From assembly GCA_964435925.1 (NCBI GenBank), contig CAYTBG010000001.1:2331-66330 (forward strand): a stretch of 64,000 nt of DNA, read 5' to 3'. Shown here one piece after another: positions 45,527 through 54,065 of this stretch. Position 1 is the stretch's first letter, and each line of letters begins with the position of its first letter. The position numbers and the translations under genes were made by a program. This DNA comes from an uncultured Eubacteriales bacterium. GTDB lineage: Bacteria; Acidobacteriota; Aminicenantia; Aminicenantales; Aminicenantaceae. The notes beneath the pieces were generated by a model. That model was not told where the DNA came from, made no database searches, and saw nothing but the letters and a program-made list of their open reading frames with translations.

Positions 45527-46771
45527 TTATATTTTTGCCCTAATTTTACCAGTTAACAAAACCTGCATCAATCCTTTCTTTATACCTTCTAATCTTTCTT
45601 TATTAGCTATTTCATTCTCTATTTCTTCATCCACCGATGTTAAAGCCTCTGCAATCTTTTTTTGTTCGTGAAGTGGAGGGAGTGGAACCTTTATACTTGA
45701 AAGAGATGATGCATTAACTCCCCCCTGGGCACTACCACCAATCTGTTCTTTTATTTGTCTCCAGTAAATAAAAGAATTAAAAACTAGGTAAAGAAAGTTA
45801 GAATTAATTCTTCCTTTTGTAACTACTCTAATAAGATAGGACGCAAAGACCGCTTCTGGGCACTTTTTTATAATGTAACTTTTTCCTGTAGTTGCACCTG
45901 TTCTTACAAATAAAATATCTCCTGGCTTAAGAACGTATTTTTCTTTTATTGAATTTGAACAATGACAAAATGGAACATTTTCCCAATTTACTTTTCCATC
46001 CTGAATATCTGATATTCGTAAAAATTTCGGGCCAATTGGCTTTTCAGTCGCACTTTCGGTATAACCATACTCAGGCTTTTCACAAACATCTTGGACTTTA
46101 ACAACCTCCCAATCCACAGGAATCTCACCAATTTCTGTCTTCTTGAATTTTTTATGTCCTATTCCGCGGGTAAACAATTCCTGCATCAGGCTTTTTTTCA
46201 ACTTCCTTGTTTTATCAATGATCTCTTGCTTTTTCTCAATTGCTTCATCCATCGATGTTAAAATTTCCGCAATCTTTTTCTGTTCTGAAATGATTGGAAA
46301 AGGAATTTTTAGCTTAAATAAATCTTTTTTATTTATTGCTTCAAAAGTGCTCCCTTGCCCGATTTTCACTAATGTGTCTTTAAAGTAATTCATTACAAAA
46401 TACAAATAATCATTATAAATTTTCGTTCCTCGCAGAGCTGCCAATCCTCTCCCTATACAACATTCTACAGGAGCAATGTTAATATCTCCCACAGGAGCCC
46501 GCACACTTACAAGAATATCTCCTTTTTCAGCTAGTTTCCTAGGAGAATTACACCATTTTAGAATTTTAGGAAACTTAGTTCCAAATTCTGCATTTCCCTG
46601 AAAAAAGGGAACGCCATTCATAAATTCAAAACAACTTTCAGACGGAGGTGATTGTCCCATAATCAATTGTGTAACTTCACCAAGATTTACAACTTCCCAA
46701 TCCACAGGAATTTCACCTATATCTGTTTTTTTTAATTTATTTTCAGTTCGTAAACTCTCTACTCGTCCCAT
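45527..46771 (-). CDS. hsdS: type I restriction enzyme S (specificity) subunit
   Basis: Two target-recognition domains, each preceded by TDIGEIPVDWEVV / TEIGEIPVDWEVV, and conserved coiled-coil spacers (EQKKIAEILTSMDEAIEKK / EQKKIAEALTSVDEEIE). Confidence 0.9.
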   Translation of the reverse strand: MGRVESLRTENKLKKTDIGEIPVDWEVVNLGEVTQLIMGQSPPSESCFEFMNGVPFFQGNAEFGTKFPKILKWCNSPRKLAEKGDILVSVRAPVGDINIAPVECCIGRGLAALRGTKIYNDYLYFVMNYFKDTLVKIGQGSTFEAINKKDLFKLKIPFPIISEQKKIAEILTSMDEAIEKKQEIIDKTRKLKKSLMQELFTRGIGHKKFKKTEIGEIPVDWEVVKVQDVCEKPEYGYTESATEKPIGPKFLRISDIQDGKVNWENVPFCHCSNSIKEKYVLKPGDILFVRTGATTGKSYIIKKCPEAVFASYLIRVVTKGRINSNFLYLVFNSFIYWRQIKEQIGGSAQGGVNASSLSSIKVPLPPLHEQKKIAEALTSVDEEIENEIANKERLEGIKKGLMQVLLTGKIRAKI

Positions 46772-46781
46772 TCTTCCCTCT

Positions 46782-47828
46782 TTATTCTCCTCCTCCGGTT
46801 CTTAACAATCTGGTAATGAAATTCTGAAATTCCTCTTCATACTTGTCTGGGCTAGTTTTTTCACCTGGAACAGCAGGCAAATCCAGACCGCTTTTTGAAA
46901 ATTCAATGCTTATGGTTTCCATGGCTTCGCGCAACTTAGAACTTCGCAAATAATCTGATATGACCTGTTCAACTTCATTCAGAACATCCCAAACATTATT
47001 CAATGCAGAAAATAGCGAAATCCAATCAAGCCATACAGGCAATTTTTGATCATCTAAATTCGCTCCTAAAAGAAACTCTCCCCACCTTTTTTGAGATAGC
47101 CAGTATTCGATTTTTCTCTTCCCTTTGATTCTTGTCAGCACCAACCCAGACTCTGCAAACTCAATCAAAGCATCCTGCACAGCCCTTAGAGAAATACCGA
47201 TTGCATCAGCCACCTCTGAAGGATGGCCGGCTTCATGAGTAAGGAGATAAAGGATGCATTCTGAACGGGAGCCTATCCCAAAAAGAGCCCTTAGCGAAAA
47301 ACGCATATTGCTTCTTGCTGCAACAGATACGGGTCTTGACATTTTTCGTAATGAAAAACTTTCCCGCAAAAATCCATACTCATGAAATGGTTCTGATATT
47401 TCTCCAGGTTTGGGGAAAGGTTCTTCTTCCCTAGTATTAAACAGCATTTCCTCTTTAACTCTTAAATCAGATGATTTCGATCTTGCTAATGCCTGCCATT
47501 TTCTCCTGTAAGACCTGGCCTCATGTGATAAAAAATGTGCCACTGCACTCATCAGACGTCGTGTTTTCTCATTTTTACTTTTGACTATCCCCCGAAGTCT
47601 CTGAATATCTATCCATTTGCCATTAACCACCATCCAATCCAGAACCTCATCAAAAAGCCGAGGCTCATATCTACTCATTTCAATCGAGAATAGGAGAAGA
47701 GCTTCAGGATCTATAACCCATTCGTCCTCAGATCTTGCACCTCCGGCAACACCCAGAGAAGACCACTGTCGCCAAAGAAAATTTAAAATGTTCTCCAGGA
47801 AAAAATGCTTAAATTCTTTCTGCGACAT
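46782..47828 (-). CDS. hypothetical 348-aa protein with a central winged-HTH-like segment
   Basis: ECILYLLTHEAGHPSEVADAIGISLRAVQDALIEFAESGLVLTRIKGKRKIEYWL looks like an ArsR/MarR-type wHTH, and the flanking regions are unassigned. The start overlaps the upstream NTase gene by 20 nt. Confidence 0.6.
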   Translation of the reverse strand: MSQKEFKHFFLENILNFLWRQWSSLGVAGGARSEDEWVIDPEALLLFSIEMSRYEPRLFDEVLDWMVVNGKWIDIQRLRGIVKSKNEKTRRLMSAVAHFLSHEARSYRRKWQALARSKSSDLRVKEEMLFNTREEEPFPKPGEISEPFHEYGFLRESFSLRKMSRPVSVAARSNMRFSLRALFGIGSRSECILYLLTHEAGHPSEVADAIGISLRAVQDALIEFAESGLVLTRIKGKRKIEYWLSQKRWGEFLLGANLDDQKLPVWLDWISLFSALNNVWDVLNEVEQVISDYLRSSKLREAMETISIEFSKSGLDLPAVPGEKTSPDKYEEEFQNFITRLLRTGGGE

Positions 47829-48411
47829 CTTTGTATCCTATTTTTTTCAGAAAATCCTTGAGGACTTTTTTATACGTATCCGAAGGATCATGGGTTATAG
47901 TCCAGCGTGCTGCATCTTCCGTTTCTTGTGCTGTGGGTCGTAAGGTCATCAAGTCGTCAAAATGGACATCAGGCCGGCCTCGATCAACGGCTGCAAAGAG
48001 CTTAAAATGAATCTGATCATAGCGACTCAGAAAATGAATGATAAGGCTTCTTCCATAAGTACGAGTCTCTACTCTTTTCATAAGACCTTCGGGCAGGCCA
48101 AAATCCAAAACTGATGCAGGGCCTGTGTTAAGCCAATTCTCCGGTAGATTAAAGTCTCTCTGCACTCTTTTGGCTGCGGCCGTAATCGCGGGGTTTAGAG
48201 GGCTTTCTTTTGCTAAAAATGCCGTGCCATCTCTATTCCTCTCAACAAACGCGACAACATCTACGTCTTTAGTTGTGCGTTGGACATAGCCAATTATGTT
48301 CAAAGCAGCACCTCCACAAACAACCATTTCAATTCGTCCTGCTCTCTCTGCATCTAGCTGTTCGGAAAGTGCCATTAGGACAGCTTCAATATCTTTTTTT
48401 CCTTTAAACAT
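47809..48411 (-). CDS. pol-beta-superfamily nucleotidyltransferase-fold protein (AbiEii-like N-terminal motif)
   Basis: VVCGGAALNIIGYVQRTTKDVDVV matches the GG-x(n)-R-x-T-x-D-x-D NTase signature. 200 aa. It starts 2 nt after the hsdM stop. Confidence 0.6.
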   Translation of the reverse strand: MFKGKKDIEAVLMALSEQLDAERAGRIEMVVCGGAALNIIGYVQRTTKDVDVVAFVERNRDGTAFLAKESPLNPAITAAAKRVQRDFNLPENWLNTGPASVLDFGLPEGLMKRVETRTYGRSLIIHFLSRYDQIHFKLFAAVDRGRPDVHFDDLMTLRPTAQETEDAARWTITHDPSDTYKKVLKDFLKKIGYKDVAERI

Positions 48412-48413
48412 GT

Positions 48414-49901
48414 TTATACCTTATAATTCAACTCTCTCAAGTAATTAAAAACTTTATCCTCTGCTTTCTTGAATCCTTTCTTTAACTCACTCAATTCATT
48501 TATTGTTTTCTGGATGTCGATTTTCTCTTCTTCTTCTGCAGTATCAATATAGCGGGTTATATTAAGATTGAAGTCATTTTCTTGAATTTCACTTACAGGA
48601 ACAGGACGACAATATTTCTCAGTGGTTTTGTATTCCCTGAATGCTGAGACAATATTTTCAATATCTTCATCCCGTAATCTATTCTGCTTCTTTCCCTCCA
48701 GATACTCATTCGCTCCATATAGAAAAAACACTCTTCCTTTTCTTTCTTTGGGCTTATTTTTATTCAAGATGAACAAACAGGCTGGAATACCTGTCCCATA
48801 AAACAATTTAGGCGGCAACCCTATAACAGCTTCAAGCAAATCTTCTCCGATTATCCCTATTCTTATTTTCTCTTCTGCTCCTCCGCGGAATAATGCACCA
48901 TGCGGCAGAACAACCCCGACTTTTCCCTTTGGATGGATGGTTGCAAGCATGTGCTGGACAAAGGCATAATCGGCATACCCTTTCGGGGGAATGCCGAATC
49001 GGAATCTTTTATAAGGGTCATTCTGGGCCTTCTCATATCCCCAATTCTTTAAGGAGAAGGGCGGATTGGCGATGACAACATCAAATTGCATCAATTGTCC
49101 ATGAGACAGCAATTGGGGATCCCGTAAAGTATCGCATCTTTTGATCTGGGCGTTTTTTAAGCCATGAAGGAGCAGATTCATCTTACAAATTGCCCATGTT
49201 CCTACATTTATTTCATGTCCATAAAGCGAAACATTTTTAGGATTCTGTTTGTTTTCTTTCAAATGCTGAACAGATTGGATCAACATTCCGCCTGAGCCGC
49301 AGGCTGGATCACAGATTCTCATCCCCTCTTGTGGATCTAAAATTTTGACTAACAACTCAACAACTTCTTTTGGCGTATAAAACTCTCCCCCTTTTTTCCC
49401 GGCACTTGAAGCGAATTGAGCTATTAGATATTCATAGGCATCACCCAAGATATCCGGTTTTTCCAAATCAGCATTACCCAACCTGATTTTAGAAAAGTGA
49501 TTGACCAATTGAGAAAGAATATGATCAGGCAGGCGATCTTTATCATTAAAATCAACTGCAGATAGGACTCCTTCTAAACTTTCCGGATTTTCTTCTTCCA
49601 ATAAATCGTTGGCCTTGTTAATAGCCTGACCGATATCATGTGTTAATGATTTGAGACGATCCCAGCTAGCTTTTTCAGGGACAAAAAACTCGTGATAATC
49701 CCGATCTTCGTATGCAATCTTTTTATCGCCGGTTTCTCTTACTATTTTCTCCGCTTCCTCTTTAAAAACATCGGATATTCTCTTCAAGAAAAGAAAGCCA
49801 AAAATATAATTTTTATAGTCTGCTGCATCAATATGGCCTCTTAAAATATCAGCAGATTTCCAAAGGTGAGTTTTCAATACTTCCAGATTAATTTTTTCCA
49901 T
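48414..49901 (-). CDS. hsdM: type I restriction-modification N6-adenine DNA methyltransferase subunit
   Basis: HsdM N-terminal domain (LWKSADILRG), SAM motif DPACGSGGML, and catalytic NPPF (VIANPPFS). Confidence 0.9.
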   Translation of the reverse strand: MEKINLEVLKTHLWKSADILRGHIDAADYKNYIFGFLFLKRISDVFKEEAEKIVRETGDKKIAYEDRDYHEFFVPEKASWDRLKSLTHDIGQAINKANDLLEEENPESLEGVLSAVDFNDKDRLPDHILSQLVNHFSKIRLGNADLEKPDILGDAYEYLIAQFASSAGKKGGEFYTPKEVVELLVKILDPQEGMRICDPACGSGGMLIQSVQHLKENKQNPKNVSLYGHEINVGTWAICKMNLLLHGLKNAQIKRCDTLRDPQLLSHGQLMQFDVVIANPPFSLKNWGYEKAQNDPYKRFRFGIPPKGYADYAFVQHMLATIHPKGKVGVVLPHGALFRGGAEEKIRIGIIGEDLLEAVIGLPPKLFYGTGIPACLFILNKNKPKERKGRVFFLYGANEYLEGKKQNRLRDEDIENIVSAFREYKTTEKYCRPVPVSEIQENDFNLNITRYIDTAEEEEKIDIQKTINELSELKKGFKKAEDKVFNYLRELNYKV

Positions 49902-49953
49902 ATTTTCTGCCTTTTTGTAAAATATTCAACCTATTTATTAATTTCTGAAGGAA

Positions 49954-49982
49954 AATATACAAAAAACGGATATAAATGTCAA
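49954..49982 (-). promoter_or_regulatory. candidate promoter of the hsdM operon (TTGACA-17-TATATT on the minus strand)
   Basis: The minus strand reads attattgacatttatatccgttttttgtatatt. The -35 is at 49982-49977 and the -10 at 49959-49954, about 50 nt upstream of the hsdM ATG. Confidence 0.45.
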
Positions 49983-50050
49983 TAATTATATTTAATATTA
50001 TAGTTTATCTACAATTATTGTGAAGTTAAACTACATTTATTATTGAAATC

Positions 50051-50812
50051 TTATATTCCAAATAAGCCTTCGCTTTTTAAGCTAATATGACCATGAGTAT
50101 AAATTATAATGTGATCTAGTGGAGTAATGTCAACGGCTTTGCATGCTGAAATAAGCCTCTTGGTTATATCAATATCAAACTGGCTTGGTTTTCTGCTTCC
50201 AGAGGGATGATTATGTACAAAAATGACGGCACTCGCATCTTTATTTATTGCACCTTTTATTACTTCTCTAGGATAGATGGAAGCCTGGTCCACAGTACCT
50301 TTGGCGATAGTTTCGACTTCCAAGACTTTATTGGCTTTGTCTAAATAAACGACCTTGAAAAACTCTTCTTTTAGATCTCTCATAGATAAAGAAAGATAAT
50401 CCAGAATATCCTTATCATTTTCCATATATTCTTTCCCTATTATTTCTTCTTTAAGCTGACGTTTGGCAATTTCTATAGCAGCTAAAAGCTGAGCTATTTT
50501 TGCACTGCCTAAGCCATTAATTTTCTCAAGCTCTGATTTATTAGCACTCAGCAATCCTCTCAGCCCTCCAAATTGCTTAATCAGGCCTCTGGCTAAAGAC
50601 ACTGCATCTTTTCCTCTTGTACCGGACCGCAATAAAATAGCAATCAACCCGGCATCAGAAACATAATCAGATCCCTTCTCTAAAAGTAATTCTCTCGGCC
50701 GTTCATATTTCGGCCAAAATTTTATAGAACTCTTTACTTTCTTCTTTTCAGTCGTCACTATTATCTCTTCAAGAATGACGCCAAAAGATAAATAAATTCT
50801 CTTGGGTTTCAA
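50051..50812 (-). CDS. radC: RadC-family (JAB/MPN domain) protein
   Basis: YERPRELLLEKG N-terminal motif, HhH region (LEKINGLGSAKIAQL), and the JAMM-like HNHPSG motif. Confidence 0.85.
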   Translation of the reverse strand: MKPKRIYLSFGVILEEIIVTTEKKKVKSSIKFWPKYERPRELLLEKGSDYVSDAGLIAILLRSGTRGKDAVSLARGLIKQFGGLRGLLSANKSELEKINGLGSAKIAQLLAAIEIAKRQLKEEIIGKEYMENDKDILDYLSLSMRDLKEEFFKVVYLDKANKVLEVETIAKGTVDQASIYPREVIKGAINKDASAVIFVHNHPSGSRKPSQFDIDITKRLISACKAVDITPLDHIIIYTHGHISLKSEGLFGI

Positions 50813-50956
50813 ACAACTCTATTTTTAGGTTCAATATGTTCTACACGTCCAGATCATTCATATGCAATTCTAAATTTATAAAATTTTTGGCGCCACTCTC
50901 AGCCAAACACTTATAGAAAATAGTTTTTTACTTAGTGCCATTTAATTATAATTTCC

Positions 50957-51044
50957 CCCGATGCAAGAAAAATCGTCAGAAGTCTTGTCCAAAGACACAA
51001 ATCTGATATAATTAGAAACCAATCATGCTTGAATTTAAAAATTA
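50957..51044 (+). repeat. right copy of the 88-nt direct repeat
   Basis: See 40111-40198. It includes the argS promoter, ATG 51025 and codons 1-7. Confidence 0.9.
50985..51012 (+). promoter_or_regulatory. argS promoter (TTGTCC-16-TGaTATAAT), implying a very short leader
   Basis: TTGTCC at 50985-50990 and TATAAT at 51007-51012. The ATG lies 13 nt after the -10 and no SD is visible. Confidence 0.55.
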
Positions 51045-52962
51045 TTTAAAAGAAAAAATTCACAAACTGCTGAAAGAAAAATACCATCTTGATCTTTCAG
51101 AGCTTGAAATAAGCTATACTCCACAGCAAAAAATGGGTGACTTGGCCCTGACCTTCCCTTTCCAACTGGCTAAAAAAATGAAAAAAGAGCCAAGAAAGCT
51201 CGCCCTGGAAATAATTCCCCTTCTTTCTCCTCTTGAAGGAGTGGAAAAAATCGAAGCAGCAGGGCCAGGCTATATCAACCTTTTCCTGGAGCGAGAAAAA
51301 TTCTTTTCCAGCCTACTTCACTCAATAGGGCAAACATCTCTCTCACCCGAGGAAGAAAAGATCATAATCGAGCACACCAACATCAACCCCAATAAAGCAG
51401 CCCACATAGGCCATCTAAGGAATGCCTGTCTCGGCGATACCCTGGGGCACTGTCTTAAATACAAAGGAGAAAACGTCGAAATTCAAAATTACATAGACGA
51501 CACTGGAGTCCAGGTGGCAGATGTTGTCTTCGGCTTCATGGAGCTTGAGAAAAAGAGCTTGTCCCAGATCAAAAAAATAAAGGAAAAATTTGATTATTAC
51601 TGCTGGAATCTTTATGTACGCGTCTCTTCTTATCTAGATAATAATCCCCAAGCAGAGGCAAGAAAATCTGAAATCCTTAAAAAAATAGAGGAAGGTAAAA
51701 ATCCTGAACACGAGACAGCCCATTATATCTCCCGCCGAATAATAAAAGCCCATCTCCAGACCATGGGAAGAATCGGAATCGGCTATGACCTTCTCCCCTG
51801 CGAAAGCAGCATACTCCATCTTAAATTCTGGGAAAAAGCTTTCTCGCTCTTGAAGGAAAAAAAGGCTATTTCCTTCGTAAAGAGCGGGGAAAACAAAGGC
51901 TGTTGGGTGATGTACCTTGAAGACGAATCAGAAAAGGAAAAGATCATAGTCCGCTCTGACGGGACAGTAACCTATGTCGGGAAGGATATTGCCTATCAGC
52001 TCTGGAAATTCGGTCTTCTGGAAGAAGATTTTTATTATGAACCCTTTATCAAAGAGGATAGCAAGATTGTCTGGATAAGTACTACAACGCCAGAGAAGGA
52101 ATCTCCTTCATTCGGAAAAGGAAGTCAGGTCTATAATGTTATAGATACAAGACAGGCCTATCTCCAGAAAATTGTCGTTCAAGGTCTCAAATCTCTGAAA
52201 TTCCCCGCTCAAGCAAAAAAATCCATCCATTTCTCTTACGAAATGGTTGCCCTTTCTTCAAAAAGCCTGAAAGAGCTTAATCTGAGTGTTTCGAAAGGAG
52301 AAAAGGAAAAGGACTTCCTTGAAGTCTCCGGGAGAAAAGGGCTGGGTGTGAAAGCCGATGATCTGCTGGACAGACTGGAAGAAAAGGCTTTAGCTGAGGT
52401 GGAGAAAAGAAATCCAGAGCTTTCGGAAAACCTGAAAGAAGATACAGCTCACAAGATAGCCAGCGGGGCGCTCCGCTACTTCATGCTCAAATTCGCCCTA
52501 AATTCTCTCATCGTTTTTGACTTCGAAGAAGCCCTTAGTTTTGAGGGAGAAACAGGCCCTTATCTTCAGTACACGTTGGTCAGGATCAACAGCATCTTCC
52601 GCAAGCTGAAGGAAATAGAAAGCTTTGAGGAGAAGGATCTCCAGACCCTTCTCTCTTCAGAGAGGATTCCGTTGGAAAAGCTTTCTGAATCAGAGCAGGC
52701 TGATTTCTGGAATCTAGTTCGCTATGCTTCCCAGTTTGAAGAAGAGGTTCTCCATTCTATCCGTTCTCTGGAATTCTCGCATTTAGCTAAGTTCTCTTTT
52801 AATCTATGTCAGAAGTTTAACGCTTATTACCACCTTTATTCTATCTTGGCTGAAGAGAATAAAGAGATAAAACGCATTCGTATCTTAACCATCTATTACA
52901 TCAGAGAAGTGCTCAAGCGCGCTCTTTCTCTCATGGGCATCCCGCAACCAGAATTGATGTAA
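51025..52962 (+). CDS. argS: arginine--tRNA ligase
   Basis: Class I HIGH motif (NPNKAAHIGHLRN), ArgRS-type N-terminal additional domain, and a C-terminal DALR-like anticodon-binding region. Confidence 0.9.
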   Translation: MLEFKNYLKEKIHKLLKEKYHLDLSELEISYTPQQKMGDLALTFPFQLAKKMKKEPRKLALEIIPLLSPLEGVEKIEAAGPGYINLFLEREKFFSSLLHSIGQTSLSPEEEKIIIEHTNINPNKAAHIGHLRNACLGDTLGHCLKYKGENVEIQNYIDDTGVQVADVVFGFMELEKKSLSQIKKIKEKFDYYCWNLYVRVSSYLDNNPQAEARKSEILKKIEEGKNPEHETAHYISRRIIKAHLQTMGRIGIGYDLLPCESSILHLKFWEKAFSLLKEKKAISFVKSGENKGCWVMYLEDESEKEKIIVRSDGTVTYVGKDIAYQLWKFGLLEEDFYYEPFIKEDSKIVWISTTTPEKESPSFGKGSQVYNVIDTRQAYLQKIVVQGLKSLKFPAQAKKSIHFSYEMVALSSKSLKELNLSVSKGEKEKDFLEVSGRKGLGVKADDLLDRLEEKALAEVEKRNPELSENLKEDTAHKIASGALRYFMLKFALNSLIVFDFEEALSFEGETGPYLQYTLVRINSIFRKLKEIESFEEKDLQTLLSSERIPLEKLSESEQADFWNLVRYASQFEEEVLHSIRSLEFSHLAKFSFNLCQKFNAYYHLYSILAEENKEIKRIRILTIYYIREVLKRALSLMGIPQPELM

Positions 52963-52993
52963 ATGAGTTAGTAATAAATGAGGCTGACTTGAA

Positions 52994-53096
52994 TGTAGGA
53001 GCTTGATTTATCAAGCCCACCGTTTTTATTTTGTTGGGTCATGACTCATCAAACCCATATTTTGGTTCTGTAGGGGCTTGATTTATCAAGCCCACA
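52994..53096 (+). repeat. REP-like hairpin repeats, 3 copies (52994-53022, 53034-53060, 53069-53096)
   Basis: tgtaggagcttgatttatcaagcccacc, ttgggtcatgactcatcaaacccatat and tgtaggggcttgatttatcaagcccac. Confidence 0.8.
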
Positions 53097-53138
53097 TTTT
53101 ATAATTTATAATTTATTATCCACGAACAGGAGTAGAAA

Positions 53139-54065
53139 ATGATTGAAGTTGAAAATCTGACCAAAAAATACGGGGATCTGGTAGCCGTTAAAAACTTAAA
53201 TTTCAAAGTTGAAAAAGGAAAAATCTGGGGGCTTCTCGGACCAAATGCTGCTGGAAAAACAACAACCATGAGAATTCTCACAGGCTATTTGCCTGCTACT
53301 GACGGAAAAGCATATGTTGCTAACTATGATGTCTTTGAGAAACCCAATGATGTCAAAAAAATTACTGGCTACCTCCCTGAGAATGTCCCCCTTTACCCTG
53401 AAATGACGGTTCATTCCTACCTGAGTTTTGTCTCAGAAATCAAACAAATCCCCGCATCCAAAAGAAAAGAAGCTGTAGAGAAAGCCGTAGAAATAAGCGG
53501 CTTAGAAACGGTACGAAGGAGGCTTATCAAGAATATTTCTCGGGGATTCAAGCAGAGAGTGGGTATCGCTCAAGCCCTTATTCATGATCCTCAAGTTCTC
53601 GTTTTAGACGAGCCAACTGCCGGCCTTGACCCAGCCCAAATCATAGAAATAAGAAAGCTCATAAAGTCCCTCAAGGAAGAACGGACTATCCTCCTCTCGA
53701 CTCATATCCTTGCTGAAGTGACTCAAACATGCGATGGAGTTGTCATTATTAACGAGGGCAATCTCATGGCTTCAAGCTCCTTAGAGGAGCTCACCGCTTC
53801 CTTCAAGGAAAAAGAAGGAATCGTTATTAAACTCAAAAAGGGAGGAAAAGATGTCCTTTCACTCCTGCAGAAAATGCATGGCGTCGACAAAGTCAGCCAT
53901 CCAGATGACGAGTTCAAGATAGAATGGACCAAAGGAAAAGACATGAGGGATGAAATAACAAAGCTCATCGTTGATAAAGAATTAGGCCTTATCGAAATGA
54001 GGCCTCTCGCCATGAATATCGAAGACCTCTATCTCAAAGTTATTTCAGGAGGTGTCGCACAATGA
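53139..54065 (+). CDS. ABC transporter ATP-binding protein (GldA-like)
   Basis: Walker A GPNAAGKTT, signature ISRGFKQRVGIA, and Walker B VLVLDEPTAGLD. Confidence 0.85.
   Translation: MIEVENLTKKYGDLVAVKNLNFKVEKGKIWGLLGPNAAGKTTTMRILTGYLPATDGKAYVANYDVFEKPNDVKKITGYLPENVPLYPEMTVHSYLSFVSEIKQIPASKRKEAVEKAVEISGLETVRRRLIKNISRGFKQRVGIAQALIHDPQVLVLDEPTAGLDPAQIIEIRKLIKSLKEERTILLSTHILAEVTQTCDGVVIINEGNLMASSSLEELTASFKEKEGIVIKLKKGGKDVLSLLQKMHGVDKVSHPDDEFKIEWTKGKDMRDEITKLIVDKELGLIEMRPLAMNIEDLYLKVISGGVAQ

Larger units (their letters stand above)
40199..50956. mobile_element. accessory (defence) island of about 10.8 kb between the direct repeats; no integrase or transposase visible
   Basis: It is bounded by the 88-nt repeats and inserted between gcvT and argS. 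Its content is a GHKL ATPase, a DUF45 peptidase, hsdR/S/M, the embedded NTase + wHTH pair, and radC. Confidence 0.65.

Noticed and set aside
45527-46771. Phase-variable hsdS (shufflon), suggested by internal direct repeats (ggtga(a/g)attcctgtggattggga(a/g)gttgt at about 46100 and about 46700).
   Set aside because: These are the normal conserved regions that flank the two target-recognition domains of any HsdS. There is no second or partial hsdS copy, no inverted repeats and no recombinase nearby.
40199-50956. Integrase, transposase or conjugation genes that would make the island a classical integrative element.
   Set aside because: None of the eight ORFs shows tyrosine/serine recombinase or DDE motifs. 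The island call therefore rests only on the direct repeats and the gene content.
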